IMG/VR virus record: IMGVR_UViG_3300031451_000149
Coordinates: 1 to 59,966 of that record
Source: a virus
Taxonomy: Duplodnaviria; Caudoviricetes
Length of the DNA stretch: 59,966 bases
Strand: one strand, 5' to 3'
In this document: positions 34,650 to 44,114 of the stretch, piece by piece
Layout of the letters: every line of letters begins with the position of its first letter
Numbering within the stretch: position 1 is the stretch's first letter
The notes under the pieces: model-generated
Seen by the model: only the letters and a program-made list of their open reading frames with translations
Told to the model about the DNA's origin: nothing
The model's database searches: none
Position numbers and translations under genes: made by a program

Positions 34650-34705
34650 TTCTGGCATTGAAAAATGCCTCGTGTTATGGTGAAGCGTCAATGCTGGAGG
34701 CGGTC

Positions 34706-34894
34706 ATGCCACGGTTTTTTAAAGTGACGGAAAGATCATACAAGCAAGAAGATTGGTATCCAGAACGAAAGCACTACGAATCCCAATCTTACGCGGAGTG
34801 GATAGAAGAAGAATATTTCCGATCCTATATGATGAAAAAGATCAAAGATAATGCCTTATCAACTTTAAAGGACTTCAAGAAAATCCCTGAATGA
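34706..34894 (+). CDS. Small AT-rich antisense moron
   Basis: GGAGG RBS; MPRFFKVTERSYKQEDWYPE...; very low GC; converges on minor head gene. Confidence 0.6.
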   Translation: MPRFFKVTERSYKQEDWYPERKHYESQSYAEWIEEEYFRSYMMKKIKDNALSTLKDFKKIPE

Positions 34895-35705
34895 CCGACT
34901 TACTCACGCACCGGCATCGCGGAAGCTGCCCTGGATAAATCATCTCGCCATCAATCAGCGCGCCCTCTGCCACGTTATATTGCAGCCGGTCCTTACCGGC
35001 CTTGACATGGCTGGGACGGGGAACCCGACCGCCGGCTGAGTGGCACCAAATAGCCCGCGTGATCCCTAAGCTCGCCTGCCGCGCCCGCGTAATCGTCGCC
35101 GTCGCCATGTTGTTCTGCGAAGATGCTATGAACGCCGCTCGCCGCTTCGTCACGCCATACCTGGCTTCAAGCTCTTTGGAGAGATACCCCAAGTCCCGGC
35201 CCTGTTGGACGCTGCGGTTCACTAAGCCTTCAACTTCCGTGAGGTGTTGCTGGGCTATGGAGCGGATCAGGCCAACCTGCTCCCCAATACACCCTTGCAG
35301 CACGTCGTTAACCTCGGCAGTGACGCGGAAGGGGACGGTAAATCCCGCGCGCTTCAACGACCCCTTGAGCGCCGCATCGGACCTGTCCCCGACGTTCTGC
35401 GCGAACCATACGGCCAACTCCGGCGCCAGTTCGTCAAACTTTCGTAGCCACCGCCGCGACAGCTTGCGAAAGGCGTCTTGCAGCGTGCGGGCCGGCGACT
35501 TGTCCTGCGCCATCTCGGGCGGCGTGGCGCGGTATGCCGCCTTGAGCCAGTAGGTCAGGCTGGCCTGCATCTCATCCAGCATCCGCGTCAGGCGGGCCTG
35601 GTAGGCTGCGGTCAGGCCGGCGTTGGGACGCACGGGCGCAAGCGTGACGGGCTTCTTCGTGGGGGCGACCAAGCGGGGACGGTCAACCGCATCGCAGGCG
35701 AGCAT
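34875..35705 (-). CDS. Minor head/head morphogenesis protein (Mu gpF/SPP1 gp7)
   Basis: LIRSIAQQH...RAAFIA...W.HS....PRPSH...PGQLPRCRC. Confidence 0.9.
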   Translation of the reverse strand: MLACDAVDRPRLVAPTKKPVTLAPVRPNAGLTAAYQARLTRMLDEMQASLTYWLKAAYRATPPEMAQDKSPARTLQDAFRKLSRRWLRKFDELAPELAVWFAQNVGDRSDAALKGSLKRAGFTVPFRVTAEVNDVLQGCIGEQVGLIRSIAQQHLTEVEGLVNRSVQQGRDLGYLSKELEARYGVTKRRAAFIASSQNNMATATITRARQASLGITRAIWCHSAGGRVPRPSHVKAGKDRLQYNVAEGALIDGEMIYPGQLPRCRCVSKSVIQGFS

Positions 35706-37246
35706 CAGGCGGCGGCGGCGGGTTCGCCCAGCGCCGCCCGCAACAGGTCCATGCCCCCGTCATCTTCAGGCTCGGCGGCCAGTGGCTCGCTAAGGTCCAG
35801 CCCATCCCATAGCCCACCGTCCTCCCGTGCCAGTCGCGCCCGCTCTTCCTCGTTGGAGATGACGCTCGCCTCAATGTAGGTCACTGCCGTGGCGGCGTTG
35901 GTCTGACGGATCGTGGACCGCTCCACCTCCGACTGCTCCCACAGCGGCTCGAAGTCGAAACCGATGGCCGGGTCAACCTCGCCCCACAGGCTCAACTGCG
36001 TAAGCGTCAGCACCGTTTGCAGCACCGGCCGCACCACCGCCTCCTGCATCCCGCGCACGCGGTCGTAGAAAGCGCGTATCTCCCCGTCGCTGGATGCGTT
36101 CAACCCGGACGGCGTGATGCCCAGCAGGATCACCAGCGGGATGCCGGCGGCGGACGCGATATGCTCCTGCGCCTGCGCCTGGAGGTGATCCAGCGTGCCG
36201 AGCGGGGCGCTGACGTTGGAGAAGGCTTCCGAGTCCTTGTCCACCATGAACACGCCGCGGTTGCGGGCAAAGCGTGTGAACATTTCCACACGGTTCACGA
36301 GGCCCTGCATCCCGATAGCACCGATGGCATCCAGGCCGCCGCCATCCTGCATGGAGACTGCGGCCATGTTGGTGGACAGCACCTGCACGCTGAACGACTC
36401 AATCAGGTCCGACACGTCCTGGCGCGTCTTGAGCCAATTGTTGACGGAGGGCTGCACCATCTGGGACAGCGAGAGGCCGCCGAACGCATAGGCCGGCTTG
36501 AGCATGTCCGGCACCTGGCGGGACACCATGCCCAGCAGCCGCGTGGCATGGACCGGCTTGCCCTGCATATACCAGATCTGCGGACGGTAGAAATCGGACC
36601 GCATGGGGTTCGTGGCGCTGTAGCTGCCTGGGTAGGTCCATACTGGTTCCACCGCCTTGAGGCCCTTGAATCCGCCCTTGCCGACCTTCTGCGGCGTAAG
36701 GGTGAGCGGCGCGGCCATTTCGTCCAGGTCGTCCAGCCGGCCGGTGTCCAGCAGCACCTGCCCGCGTCCGAACAGGCCGTCGTGTTCCAGGGCCTCCCGG
36801 ATGGCGGCCTGCACGCCCATGGCGTCCCAGGCGTTCCGCAGCTCGGTCAGCCGCTCGTTGCGGTCCTTGTTGCCGCTGGCGTGCAGCCGGACCCACTTGC
36901 GGGTCATCTGCTTGGCGAACGTCTCGGCCACGATGCGGTATTCAGCCCGCTGCGCCATCTCGGCCAAGTAGGGATAACCCAGGAACACCAGCCCTTCGGC
37001 GGCGCTGCCTTGGTCGGCATAGGCGTAGAGGTCGGCAATCTCACGGTCCATCGCCATGCCGGCGCCTTGGGGAGCGGTGCCAGGTGGCGGCTTGGGGATG
37101 GTCCAGGGCGTCGCCTGCGGGGCCGCAGCGTCACGCGGCAGCATGGACAGGGCGGCATCGGTAAGGCGGAGCGTGCGCGCCGGACGCGGGGGCAGAGTGG
37201 GTTCGGCGCGGATCGTCGGCAGCGGCGGACGGGTGAACGGCCACAT
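35705..37246 (-). CDS. Portal protein (DUF1073 family)
   Basis: FLGYPYLAEMAQRAEYR...VEPVWTYP...YAFGGLSLSQ...LLGITPSGLNASSDGEIR. Confidence 0.92.
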   Translation of the reverse strand: MWPFTRPPLPTIRAEPTLPPRPARTLRLTDAALSMLPRDAAAPQATPWTIPKPPPGTAPQGAGMAMDREIADLYAYADQGSAAEGLVFLGYPYLAEMAQRAEYRIVAETFAKQMTRKWVRLHASGNKDRNERLTELRNAWDAMGVQAAIREALEHDGLFGRGQVLLDTGRLDDLDEMAAPLTLTPQKVGKGGFKGLKAVEPVWTYPGSYSATNPMRSDFYRPQIWYMQGKPVHATRLLGMVSRQVPDMLKPAYAFGGLSLSQMVQPSVNNWLKTRQDVSDLIESFSVQVLSTNMAAVSMQDGGGLDAIGAIGMQGLVNRVEMFTRFARNRGVFMVDKDSEAFSNVSAPLGTLDHLQAQAQEHIASAAGIPLVILLGITPSGLNASSDGEIRAFYDRVRGMQEAVVRPVLQTVLTLTQLSLWGEVDPAIGFDFEPLWEQSEVERSTIRQTNAATAVTYIEASVISNEEERARLAREDGGLWDGLDLSEPLAAEPEDDGGMDLLRAALGEPAAAA

Positions 37247-37249
37247 GGG

Positions 37250-38848
37250 CTAGATCAGAGCCAGGGCTTCTGAGGTGAACACCGGCATGCGGCGCGTCAC
37301 GCTGGCAAAGCGGATCATCACGGCGTCGGCCAGGTTGGGAGACTTGGCGCCTTCGGGGGTCTTGTCCACAACGATCTTCCCCACTGCATTGATCGTGTAG
37401 GTCGGCTGCGATAGCTCGCTGCACAAACGCGACAGGTGCGACAGGGAGCCGGACAGACTGATGATGCTGTCCGGCGGCACTGACGCGCCTTCGTTCACAG
37501 CGCGGTGGGTGGCCTCAAACCTGGATCGCAGCCCCATCCAGGACTGCGCCTTGCAGTTGGCGAAGTAGTCGGCGTTCTTGCGACCCTTCACGTCTTGCGC
37601 CTCCGGGTTCACGATGCCGGCCGATCCGCGGAACGCCTCAACGGCCACTTGGGGCCGACCCTGGCGCATTCGCTCCTCGTTGATGGTGCGGGCGTCGCCG
37701 CGAATGCCCGCTCCCAGACCGTCAGCATCATAGCGCAGCAAGCGGTAGCCATGCTCGTCGCACAGGCCAATCCCTCTTTGGGCTGTGCGGTAAATGTCGC
37801 TGCCCTGGCCCGACCATTCCTCAAGCACGTCAACGAGGATGCCGTGCGCGCCGCAGAAGGCGTTCGTATCCTTGCCTTCGTCTGCCACATCCAGCGCCCC
37901 GAACTGGATGCCGGTCGGCGCGATGCCGAGTTTGCGGTGCGCGTTCACGGCAGCTTGCACCCACTTGGACGGTATCAGCACCCCTTCAACGGAGGCGCTG
38001 TAATTGATGTCCAGCTCCTGCGCGACCGTCACCGCATCAAGCTCGGACACCTGCTTGGCGTACCAGGCATCGTCCTTACGGGGATCGGCCCGCCAATGGA
38101 AGGTGAACACCCGGACCTTGCCGCTGTGGCGCTTCTGCGCGAACGGGTTGGCCATGCCGTTGGGCGTGCTGATGTCAACCCGGCAGTTCGTGGTCTGCGA
38201 CAGGGACGCCTCTACCAAGTGCGGGCGCTCCAGGAAGGCGGCCTCGTCCACGAAGTAGATGCTCGTGGTGTTGCCGCGTCCGATGTTATCGCCGGCCTCG
38301 CCGGTCAGGCTGGCGGCGGTCTCGGGGAATGTCAGGCGCATGTGGGGCGCGTTGACACCCAGCGTCCATCCGCCCTGGAACTCAGGCGGCAATCCCGACA
38401 TGAAGGCACGACCCTTCTGGAACAGCGACTTCGGGTCGCCGATCCGGTCAACGTATTCCTCTTTGCGCGACCCAAAGCCGATAGACATGCCGGGATTGAA
38501 CAGGCACAGCGTGCAGGCCGTCGCCATGGACAGCCAAGAGAAGCCCATCTGCCGGGTCTTCTCGGTTAGAAGCGGCTCACCGCCCCGCCACTGCTCAACC
38601 ACGGCCTCCACCCACTCGCGCTGGCGGGGGAACAAGATGAAAGGCACGGTGGCCGGCAAGTTGCGCTCCACGTTCTTGGGATCGGTCGTCAGACCCCAGT
38701 CCGTGATGAACTGCGCCGGGTTGGCGCGGTAGTAAGCCTTGAGAGCCGGAAGGCTTGATGGCTTGGCCCGAATGCGAGCCAGCACCTCAAGTCGCTGCTG
38801 GAACACGCCAACGTAGTCCGGCGCGCGGAAATCGAAGTCAGGTTCCAC
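37250..38848 (-). CDS. terL: Terminase large subunit
   Basis: GTG start at 38848; Walker [11 protein letters not shown], Walker [15 protein letters not shown], nuclease [16 protein letters not shown]. Confidence 0.93.
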   Translation of the reverse strand: MEPDFDFRAPDYVGVFQQRLEVLARIRAKPSSLPALKAYYRANPAQFITDWGLTTDPKNVERNLPATVPFILFPRQREWVEAVVEQWRGGEPLLTEKTRQMGFSWLSMATACTLCLFNPGMSIGFGSRKEEYVDRIGDPKSLFQKGRAFMSGLPPEFQGGWTLGVNAPHMRLTFPETAASLTGEAGDNIGRGNTTSIYFVDEAAFLERPHLVEASLSQTTNCRVDISTPNGMANPFAQKRHSGKVRVFTFHWRADPRKDDAWYAKQVSELDAVTVAQELDINYSASVEGVLIPSKWVQAAVNAHRKLGIAPTGIQFGALDVADEGKDTNAFCGAHGILVDVLEEWSGQGSDIYRTAQRGIGLCDEHGYRLLRYDADGLGAGIRGDARTINEERMRQGRPQVAVEAFRGSAGIVNPEAQDVKGRKNADYFANCKAQSWMGLRSRFEATHRAVNEGASVPPDSIISLSGSLSHLSRLCSELSQPTYTINAVGKIVVDKTPEGAKSPNLADAVMIRFASVTRRMPVFTSEALALI

Positions 38849-39272
38849 TGATGATCTGCTGGTAGATGCGCGCGGCCTCAACAGGATCGTTCGTGGTGAT
38901 GCCGACCGACTGGATCGGGCCGCCGTTCGGACCGCCCAGCTCCACGCGGGTCTTGGGCGCGTCCACCACCCGGTCATAGGCTTTCTCGGCAGCAAGGCTT
39001 CGTGCGGTGCCGGGCTGCGTCTGATCGTTGGCAACCGCGTGCCACACGCCAAGACAGAATCTCCGCCAATCATCACGGCTGTAATCGTGCGGGCCGGCGG
39101 CTACTTGGTTTCCGACCTCAAACGGCGGCGCCGGTAGAACATCGGACCCAGCGCCCTTGGCCGCGCCGCCCCAGCCCGGTCCGTTGCCGCGGCGCGTGCC
39201 GGATGTGGCCTTGCGTTCAATTTTGGGCTTGGCAGGCGGCTCAGCGGAAGGTGCCGGCGGCTTACGGGCCAT
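38838..39272 (-). CDS. terS: Terminase small subunit
   Basis: Position before TerL; [10 protein letters not shown]...FEVGN...[10 protein letters not shown]...AARIYQQII. Confidence 0.75.
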   Translation of the reverse strand: MARKPPAPSAEPPAKPKIERKATSGTRRGNGPGWGGAAKGAGSDVLPAPPFEVGNQVAAGPHDYSRDDWRRFCLGVWHAVANDQTQPGTARSLAAEKAYDRVVDAPKTRVELGGPNGGPIQSVGITTNDPVEAARIYQQIISGT

Positions 39273-39327
39273 ACGGCACCTCGGATGGGATCAGGCGGCT
39301 ACGGGGCGAGGTCCAGCCTCAAACCCC

Positions 39328-39369
39328 CAGTGTTGGTTGACACTGCATATGCACGCGCCTGTCGTCAAC
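39328..39369 (-). promoter_or_regulatory. Candidate late promoter upstream of terminase
   Basis: TTGACG (39368-39363)-17 nt-CAGTGT; nested inverted repeats GTTGAC/GTCAAC, TGCATATGCA and CAGTGT/ACACTG. Confidence 0.55.
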
Positions 39370-39397
39370 ATGCGATTTGAGAGGCATTTCGGGCACG

Positions 39398-40228
39398 TTA
39401 CCGCATCCGCCCGAACACCCCCAGCGCCGTCTTGAGCGTGCCCATCGCAATGGCTGGATCGGTGCCGGTCCGCTTGCCGGTCACGCGCGACGCCGCCCAG
39501 CCGCGCACGTCGCGCCCCTCAATCACCACGGCTTCCACTACAGCCAGCGCATCGGGCGCCAACAAGGACCGCATCGCATCCAGGTCGCGCGACTGCGCCA
39601 CCGCGTGCTCTATCCTCCGGTTGCCCGACGACGGTACGCCCTTGCTGCCGGCTTCGTCGCCGCCCAACCCGATGGGATACATGTCAAGGTGCGCGGCCTC
39701 ATACGCAGTTCGGTATCGTACGCCGCCGGCATGGGCGATGCCGTCAATGCTCTTGCGGCTTAGGAGCCAGTCCAGTGCCGTCACGACCTCAGCACGCTTG
39801 CCGTCGCGCACCACGACGCGAGCTTCCCGCAGTGAGATCGGTATGCCGTTCTGTCCGATCTCCACTTGATCTTGCCGCAAAACTGCGTCCGCCAGCGCCT
39901 CGCCTCGCACCTCAGCCTGCAACGACTTTTCCGCGTCGGCCAAGGCGCGCTGGCATCGCATCTTCACGCGCCGCGTCCGCTCCCGGAACACCTTGCCCAC
40001 TGTGGTCCGCATGTCGCAATCGGCGCGCGCCAGGGCGTCCCGCGCATCCTGGACGGCCTTGGCCATCACCGCCTCCCGGAACGCCTCTGGCGGCGGTCCT
40101 GGCACGGTTGCGGGCCGTGCCAAGCTGCCCATGCGCCGGGCCGGCTGGGCGCGGTTGCGGGCCATGCGGTCCAGGGCGTCCTGTTCGAGGTCAGCGGGCG
40201 CGTCGGGTGTGCGAACTATGGCGTTCAT
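39398..40228 (-). CDS. Putative late transcription regulator (sigma-region-4-like C-terminus)
   Basis: Start MNAIVR; LDWLLSRKSI...AGGVRYR...VVEAVVIEG...LKTAL; last gene before the late promoter. Confidence 0.65.
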   Translation of the reverse strand: MNAIVRTPDAPADLEQDALDRMARNRAQPARRMGSLARPATVPGPPPEAFREAVMAKAVQDARDALARADCDMRTTVGKVFRERTRRVKMRCQRALADAEKSLQAEVRGEALADAVLRQDQVEIGQNGIPISLREARVVVRDGKRAEVVTALDWLLSRKSIDGIAHAGGVRYRTAYEAAHLDMYPIGLGGDEAGSKGVPSSGNRRIEHAVAQSRDLDAMRSLLAPDALAVVEAVVIEGRDVRGWAASRVTGKRTGTDPAIAMGTLKTALGVFGRMR

Positions 40229-40440
40229 CAGTCGGCCTTTCCTTGTTGGACCCCAATAACAGGGTTTGGCCCCTCGTTCCCCAACCGCTCCACCAGCGCC
40301 ATGCACGCCCGGCACGGCGCGGACTGGCGCTGCATCAGCCGCCACACGGCAGCCACGCCCAGCCGCCAGCCGGTGCGGCGCTCGTCGTGCCCCACGTCGC
40401 CCCCGGGGTGGGACAGGCCGATGCGCGCGTCTGCGGTCAT
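40228..40440 (-). CDS. Hypothetical protein
   Basis: 70-aa ORF coupled to neighbours. Confidence 0.5.
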   Translation of the reverse strand: MTADARIGLSHPGGDVGHDERRTGWRLGVAAVWRLMQRQSAPCRACMALVERLGNEGPNPVIGVQQGKAD

Positions 40441-40646
40441 GGCGCATCATCGGTATTGGGCTTAGGCAAACTAGACGGGTTCATCCCGCGATAATAGTTC
40501 TTGATCGCCACTATCGCGCTGCCCATAAGAAACACCACAAACATCATAAGCACAAGCAAGCCGCTTATGGGCCATATGGCCCAGAATATAAACGCTATAT
40601 TCAGAAAAAATGCTGCGTAAAGTCCGGCTAGAATGCGCTCGTGCAT
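40437..40646 (-). CDS. Small two-TM membrane protein, AT-rich
   Basis: AGGAG RBS; ILAGLYAAFFLNIAFIFWAIW and LLVLMMFVVFLMGSAIVAI. Confidence 0.7.
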   Translation of the reverse strand: MHERILAGLYAAFFLNIAFIFWAIWPISGLLVLMMFVVFLMGSAIVAIKNYYRGMNPSSLPKPNTDDAP

Positions 40647-40692
40647 GTCTACGCTCCTGCTTCTTCATTTGCATAACTATGCACGACCTGCA

Positions 40693-40968
40693 TCATCCGC
40701 CCCCTACCCCATCACCCGCCCGCCCCGCCCGGTCCCGCCGCAGCGCCGCAGCATCCGCCACCCGCGCATTTGCCTGCCGCCACGCATCCATGCCGCCCGG
40801 ATTGGGGAGCGGCCTGATGGTGGCGCCGTAGAGCACCAGCACGTCGCTCGCGTCGCGCACGACGCACACGGGATCGGGCAGCGCCTGGCAGATCGTCGGC
40901 GGCTGGAGCGCGGTCACGTCCCAGACGGCGGGAGCGGCCAGGAGGGTCAGGAGGGTGGCTAGGGTCAC
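40693..40968 (-). CDS. Hypothetical protein with possible signal peptide
   Basis: MTLATLLTLLAAPA; GTG start overlapping upstream stop. Confidence 0.55.
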   Translation of the reverse strand: MTLATLLTLLAAPAVWDVTALQPPTICQALPDPVCVVRDASDVLVLYGATIRPLPNPGGMDAWRQANARVADAAALRRDRAGRAGDGVGGG

Positions 40969-41111
40969 GGGTTCGTCCTCAATTTCCTTAATTCGGCTTT
41001 CGCGTGCGCGGCATCGCGATCATCTTGCCATCTCAGCAGCCTAACGTAGCCATAGCCCAGCAACAGGCCGAACACCGGCAAAGCGATGGCAAACCAGTCA
41101 AGTGAGGTCAT
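40965..41111 (-). CDS. 48-aa membrane peptide (not in ORF track)
   Basis: MTSLDWFAIALPVFGLLLGYGYVRLLRWQDD...; ATGA/GTGA overlaps on both sides. Confidence 0.6.
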   Translation of the reverse strand: MTSLDWFAIALPVFGLLLGYGYVRLLRWQDDRDAAHAKAELRKLRTNP

Positions 41112-41383
41112 GGGTTAGCCTCATACCAAGTACGCCCGGCGTCGGTCGGCAGCATCGCTGGCATTTCCACGTAACCCGCCGGCTCGCCAGACAGCGCCCG
41201 TAGCGTTTCGCGCACCGATCCATGGTCAATCAACCCACGCCACTGTAACGCCAGCACCGTTGCCCGGTGAATCACCTGCACGCCCACGCCAGCGTGTCCC
41301 CACAGGCAGTGCTTACGGTCCCAACGCAGGGCGCCACAATTGGCAAGCCGCAGCGCGTTCGTCTGTGGCTTCGTCAGCCGCAT
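41108..41383 (-). CDS. Hypothetical protein (winged-helix-like)
   Basis: MRLTKPQTNALR...ATVLALQWRGLI...PTDAGR. Confidence 0.6.
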   Translation of the reverse strand: MRLTKPQTNALRLANCGALRWDRKHCLWGHAGVGVQVIHRATVLALQWRGLIDHGSVRETLRALSGEPAGYVEMPAMLPTDAGRTWYEANP

Positions 41384-41760
41384 CACCGCCACGTCACCAC
41401 CGCCCTCCGGTTCCCCGCCCCCGCGGGATCGCCCGGATCGGCCAACTCCGACGCCCCCAGCGCCCGCACGAGCAGCCGGTCCGCCGGCACGTCGCGCGCC
41501 ATCAGCGCCTGCTTCACAACCATGCCGCGCCGCGCCGACAGCATTAGGTTGCCGAACTCGCCGCCCGTCGCGTCGCTATGCCCGGCAGCGAACATGACGT
41601 GCGGGTGCGCGTCCCGATAAAGCCCGGCGGCCAGGTCAAGCTGTGCACGGGCCACCGGCGACAGGGCGTGCGAGCCGGATGCGAACGCGATGACGAGCCG
41701 GTTGTCGTCCGGGGCGGCGGCGGTCAGTGCGAGGAGGGCTAGGGCGATGGGGAGGCGCAT
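41383..41760 (-). CDS. Stand-alone OmpA C-terminal (peptidoglycan-binding) domain protein with signal peptide
   Basis: AGGAG RBS; FASGSHAL...GHSDATG...NLMLSARRG..VK..L...G...NRRA. Confidence 0.88.
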   Translation of the reverse strand: MRLPIALALLALTAAAPDDNRLVIAFASGSHALSPVARAQLDLAAGLYRDAHPHVMFAAGHSDATGGEFGNLMLSARRGMVVKQALMARDVPADRLLVRALGASELADPGDPAGAGNRRAVVTWR

Positions 41761-41770
41761 GGGATGGCTC

Positions 41771-42250
41771 CTAGTTGGGGGTTGGGTGCCAGGCTGCATC
41801 GCTGGAAACATCAGGCGCCTCAGAAGCGCGACGCTTGCTGGGCGGGTCCTTGCCGTCCGTCAGGAAGGTCCAGGCCAGGACGTTGGCGAGCCGCATGGCG
41901 TCGGCCTGCGCGCGGGTGACGCGGCCATCGGGCAGGTCTGGGGCTTGGTTCAGGGCTGCAACTGCAAGCCTGATTTGATAGCGCACAGCCTCCAACTCAG
42001 CGTGCAGGGCTGCGGCCTCTGGGATAGGTGCAGCGGCTTGGCTGGGGACCTCTGGTGGCACGGCGGGAGCGATGCAGCGCCAGCCATACTCGTGGACATC
42101 CATGGGAGTGCGGTAATCCGTCCCGATCACCCAGAACCGGCCATCAGCGCACCATCTCCAAACTTCCCATTGCCGGCTGCGCCGGACCCACCACAGCCCC
42201 GGCACGCTAGGGTCAGGCGGCAGGGTGCGGGCATCGGAATTATTGGGCAT
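41771..42250 (-). CDS. Hypothetical protein
   Basis: Start MPNNSD (GGAGG RBS); Trp-rich N-terminal domain. Confidence 0.6.
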   Translation of the reverse strand: MPNNSDARTLPPDPSVPGLWWVRRSRQWEVWRWCADGRFWVIGTDYRTPMDVHEYGWRCIAPAVPPEVPSQAAAPIPEAAALHAELEAVRYQIRLAVAALNQAPDLPDGRVTRAQADAMRLANVLAWTFLTDGKDPPSKRRASEAPDVSSDAAWHPTPN

Positions 42251-42524
42251 CGGTCGCCTCCGTAGCCGCGCAGAAGTAGTCCGGGTGCCGCGCCTCAATC
42301 ATCATGACGATCCTGCTGGCAAGTCGTTGCTGACCCTGGAAAACGCTGTCGGGGCCGAAATGCAGATCGTCGTAGATGGCGCGCACGGTCTGCTTCCAGC
42401 GATCATCAGGCGGCAGGCAGCGCGGCGCGTCGTCGCGCGGCTGGCGCGGCGGCCCGACCGGATCGTCCGACATCGGGGCGCCGCGGTCGTGCGGCGGGGT
42501 GCGTGCGTCGGGGTCACTTGGCAT
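42240..42524 (-). CDS. Hypothetical protein
   Basis: 94-aa ORF in early leftward operon. Confidence 0.55.
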   Translation of the reverse strand: MPSDPDARTPPHDRGAPMSDDPVGPPRQPRDDAPRCLPPDDRWKQTVRAIYDDLHFGPDSVFQGQQRLASRIVMMIEARHPDYFCAATEATDAQ

Positions 42525-42720
42525 TGCGGCTCTCCCGAATGGCAGCAGCGATTTCCTGCAAGCCGCTGGCGATGGCGAACAGACCGGCGGCTTGCATCAG
42601 GCTGACCTGAATCGGACCCTGGCCAGGGATGGCTTCCTGGCTCATGGCGTCATGGGCATCAACGATGCGCTGGCACATGCCCATCATGTCGGCAGCCTTG
42701 GCGTCGGGAGCGTCGGTCAT
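42514..42720 (-). CDS. Hypothetical protein
   Basis: Start MTDAPD; LFAIASGLQEIAAAIRE helix. Confidence 0.6.
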   Translation of the reverse strand: MTDAPDAKAADMMGMCQRIVDAHDAMSQEAIPGQGPIQVSLMQAAGLFAIASGLQEIAAAIRESRNAK

Positions 42721-43151
42721 GCGGGCCTCGGGTCGTTGATGGACAGAACCGGCGCAGAGGCCGCAGCAGCCCGCCTGACGCCCTGGCGCGTGCATGGTAG
42801 CGCCCCGGTGCCCAGGACGGCCCTGGCGGCGCTCCTGTGCGGCGGGCGGGGTGCTTGAAGGGCGGGGGTCATCACTTCAGCCACCGCACGTCCGCCATCG
42901 CCCATCGCACGCGCACGGGCCGGCGCGGCAACCGACGCAACGGGTCCAGTTCGGAACCGGTGATCGTAAAGATGTTGCCATTCGGGGTGGGGTCGGTCGG
43001 CAGCGGGGCGTCGGCGGTCATGGACGATTGTCCCAGAGACGCGACGCAGGCGGCACGGGGCGCACTGGTCCAGGCAGCGACGCGATGTGGGCCATCGCCT
43101 CCACGTAACCCGCGTGCAGCAGCGCCGTGATGAGACGGCGCATGCCCCCGC

Positions 43152-43385
43152 TCAACGCCCGCCTCCCGCCGGGACCGCGCGCGTGGGGTTCGGGGCGGCG
43201 TCGAATGCGTCAATGATCCGCCGCAGACTATCCGCCTGGAGCGTCTGGATCATCGCAATGGGTTCTGCGGATGCCATAAAGACCCCGCAAGAAATACCAC
43301 GCCGGGTTTCGGCGGCGCTGGTCCGCAATGCCGTCACCTCGGCATCCAGTATGGCCAGCAAGAGTTCTACCCTCCCAGCGCTCAC
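43152..43385 (-). CDS. Hypothetical protein
   Basis: GGAGG RBS plus GTG at 43385 (MSAGRVELLL...). Confidence 0.55.
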   Translation of the reverse strand: MSAGRVELLLAILDAEVTALRTSAAETRRGISCGVFMASAEPIAMIQTLQADSLRRIIDAFDAAPNPTRAVPAGGGR

Positions 43386-43395
43386 GCCCGGCCTC

Positions 43396-43412
43396 CCCGG
43401 TCCGTGGCGGCG
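43396..43412. repeat. Left copy of 17-bp direct repeat CCCGGTCCGTGGCGGCG
   Basis: Identical to 44073-44089. Confidence 0.9.
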
Positions 43413-43522
43413 CCCTGAACATTTTGCGCCATGTCTGCAAATACTCCTTGCGTCCGGTTTAGCGCCATGGCACATATCATCCACCGGACGGCGATGGTGC
43501 CCCGGCAGCAAGGACTGCTCCA

Positions 43523-43837
43523 ATGACCGATCTTGATGCTTCCTACGACGCCCTGCACGCCGAGATCACTCGCGAGCTGCTGCGTCTCACGACTGGCGAT
43601 CTGCTGACCGTCACCAAGAAGATCGCGATGGCTTTGCAAGCGGCAGAGCCAATCCCATCGCGTCTGACCGATGCCCTGGCCGTTGCCAACACCAACGCTA
43701 ACCGCGCTCTTGCGTTGGCCAACAATGCGACCCGTGCCATGACCGAAGAACTCGCAGACATGTTGCCGCAGGCTCAAGCAGCCGCATGGTGCCGTTTCGC
43801 TGCCGCGTATCCGATTAAGGGCGATGTTTACGCATGA
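43523..43837 (+). CDS. Hypothetical helical protein (antisense cassette gene 1)
   Basis: AAGGA RBS; 104 aa; ATGA overlap with next gene. Confidence 0.7.
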   Translation: MTDLDASYDALHAEITRELLRLTTGDLLTVTKKIAMALQAAEPIPSRLTDALAVANTNANRALALANNATRAMTEELADMLPQAQAAAWCRFAAAYPIKGDVYA

Positions 43838-44061
43838 CCGACGCCCCCAAGCGCCCCCGCGGTCGGCCGCGCACCGCAGGCCTCGCTGCGCCAGGCGCGT
43901 CGTCCACCGAGCGCAAGCGGGCGCAGCGGCTCGCATACCGTGTCGGCGCGGTCGAGCTGCCAGGCGCCGTGCTGGCCCGCCTGGACGCCCGTGCGGCGCG
44001 GCAGGGCGATCCGTCTCGTGCCGCGCTGATTGAGCGGCTGGAGCGTGACGCGCCGGGGTAG
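43834..44061 (+). CDS. AT-hook plus ribbon-helix-helix protein (antisense cassette gene 2)
   Basis: KRPRGRPR; AVELPGAVLARLDARAARQGDPSRAALIERL. Confidence 0.75.
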   Translation: MTDAPKRPRGRPRTAGLAAPGASSTERKRAQRLAYRVGAVELPGAVLARLDARAARQGDPSRAALIERLERDAPG

Positions 44062-44072
44062 GGTTGCTCATG

Positions 44073-44089
44073 CCCGGTCCGTGGCGGCG
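44073..44089. repeat. Right copy of 17-bp direct repeat
   Basis: Identical to 43396-43412. Confidence 0.9.
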
Positions 44090-44114
44090 GCGGGGCGGGG
44101 TGGTGGGGTGGTTT

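Noticed and set aside
35705-37246. Possible anti-CBASS Acb1 annotation of the DUF1073 gene
   Set aside because: Position and motifs are those of the portal; no HxT/HxS phosphoesterase motifs seen
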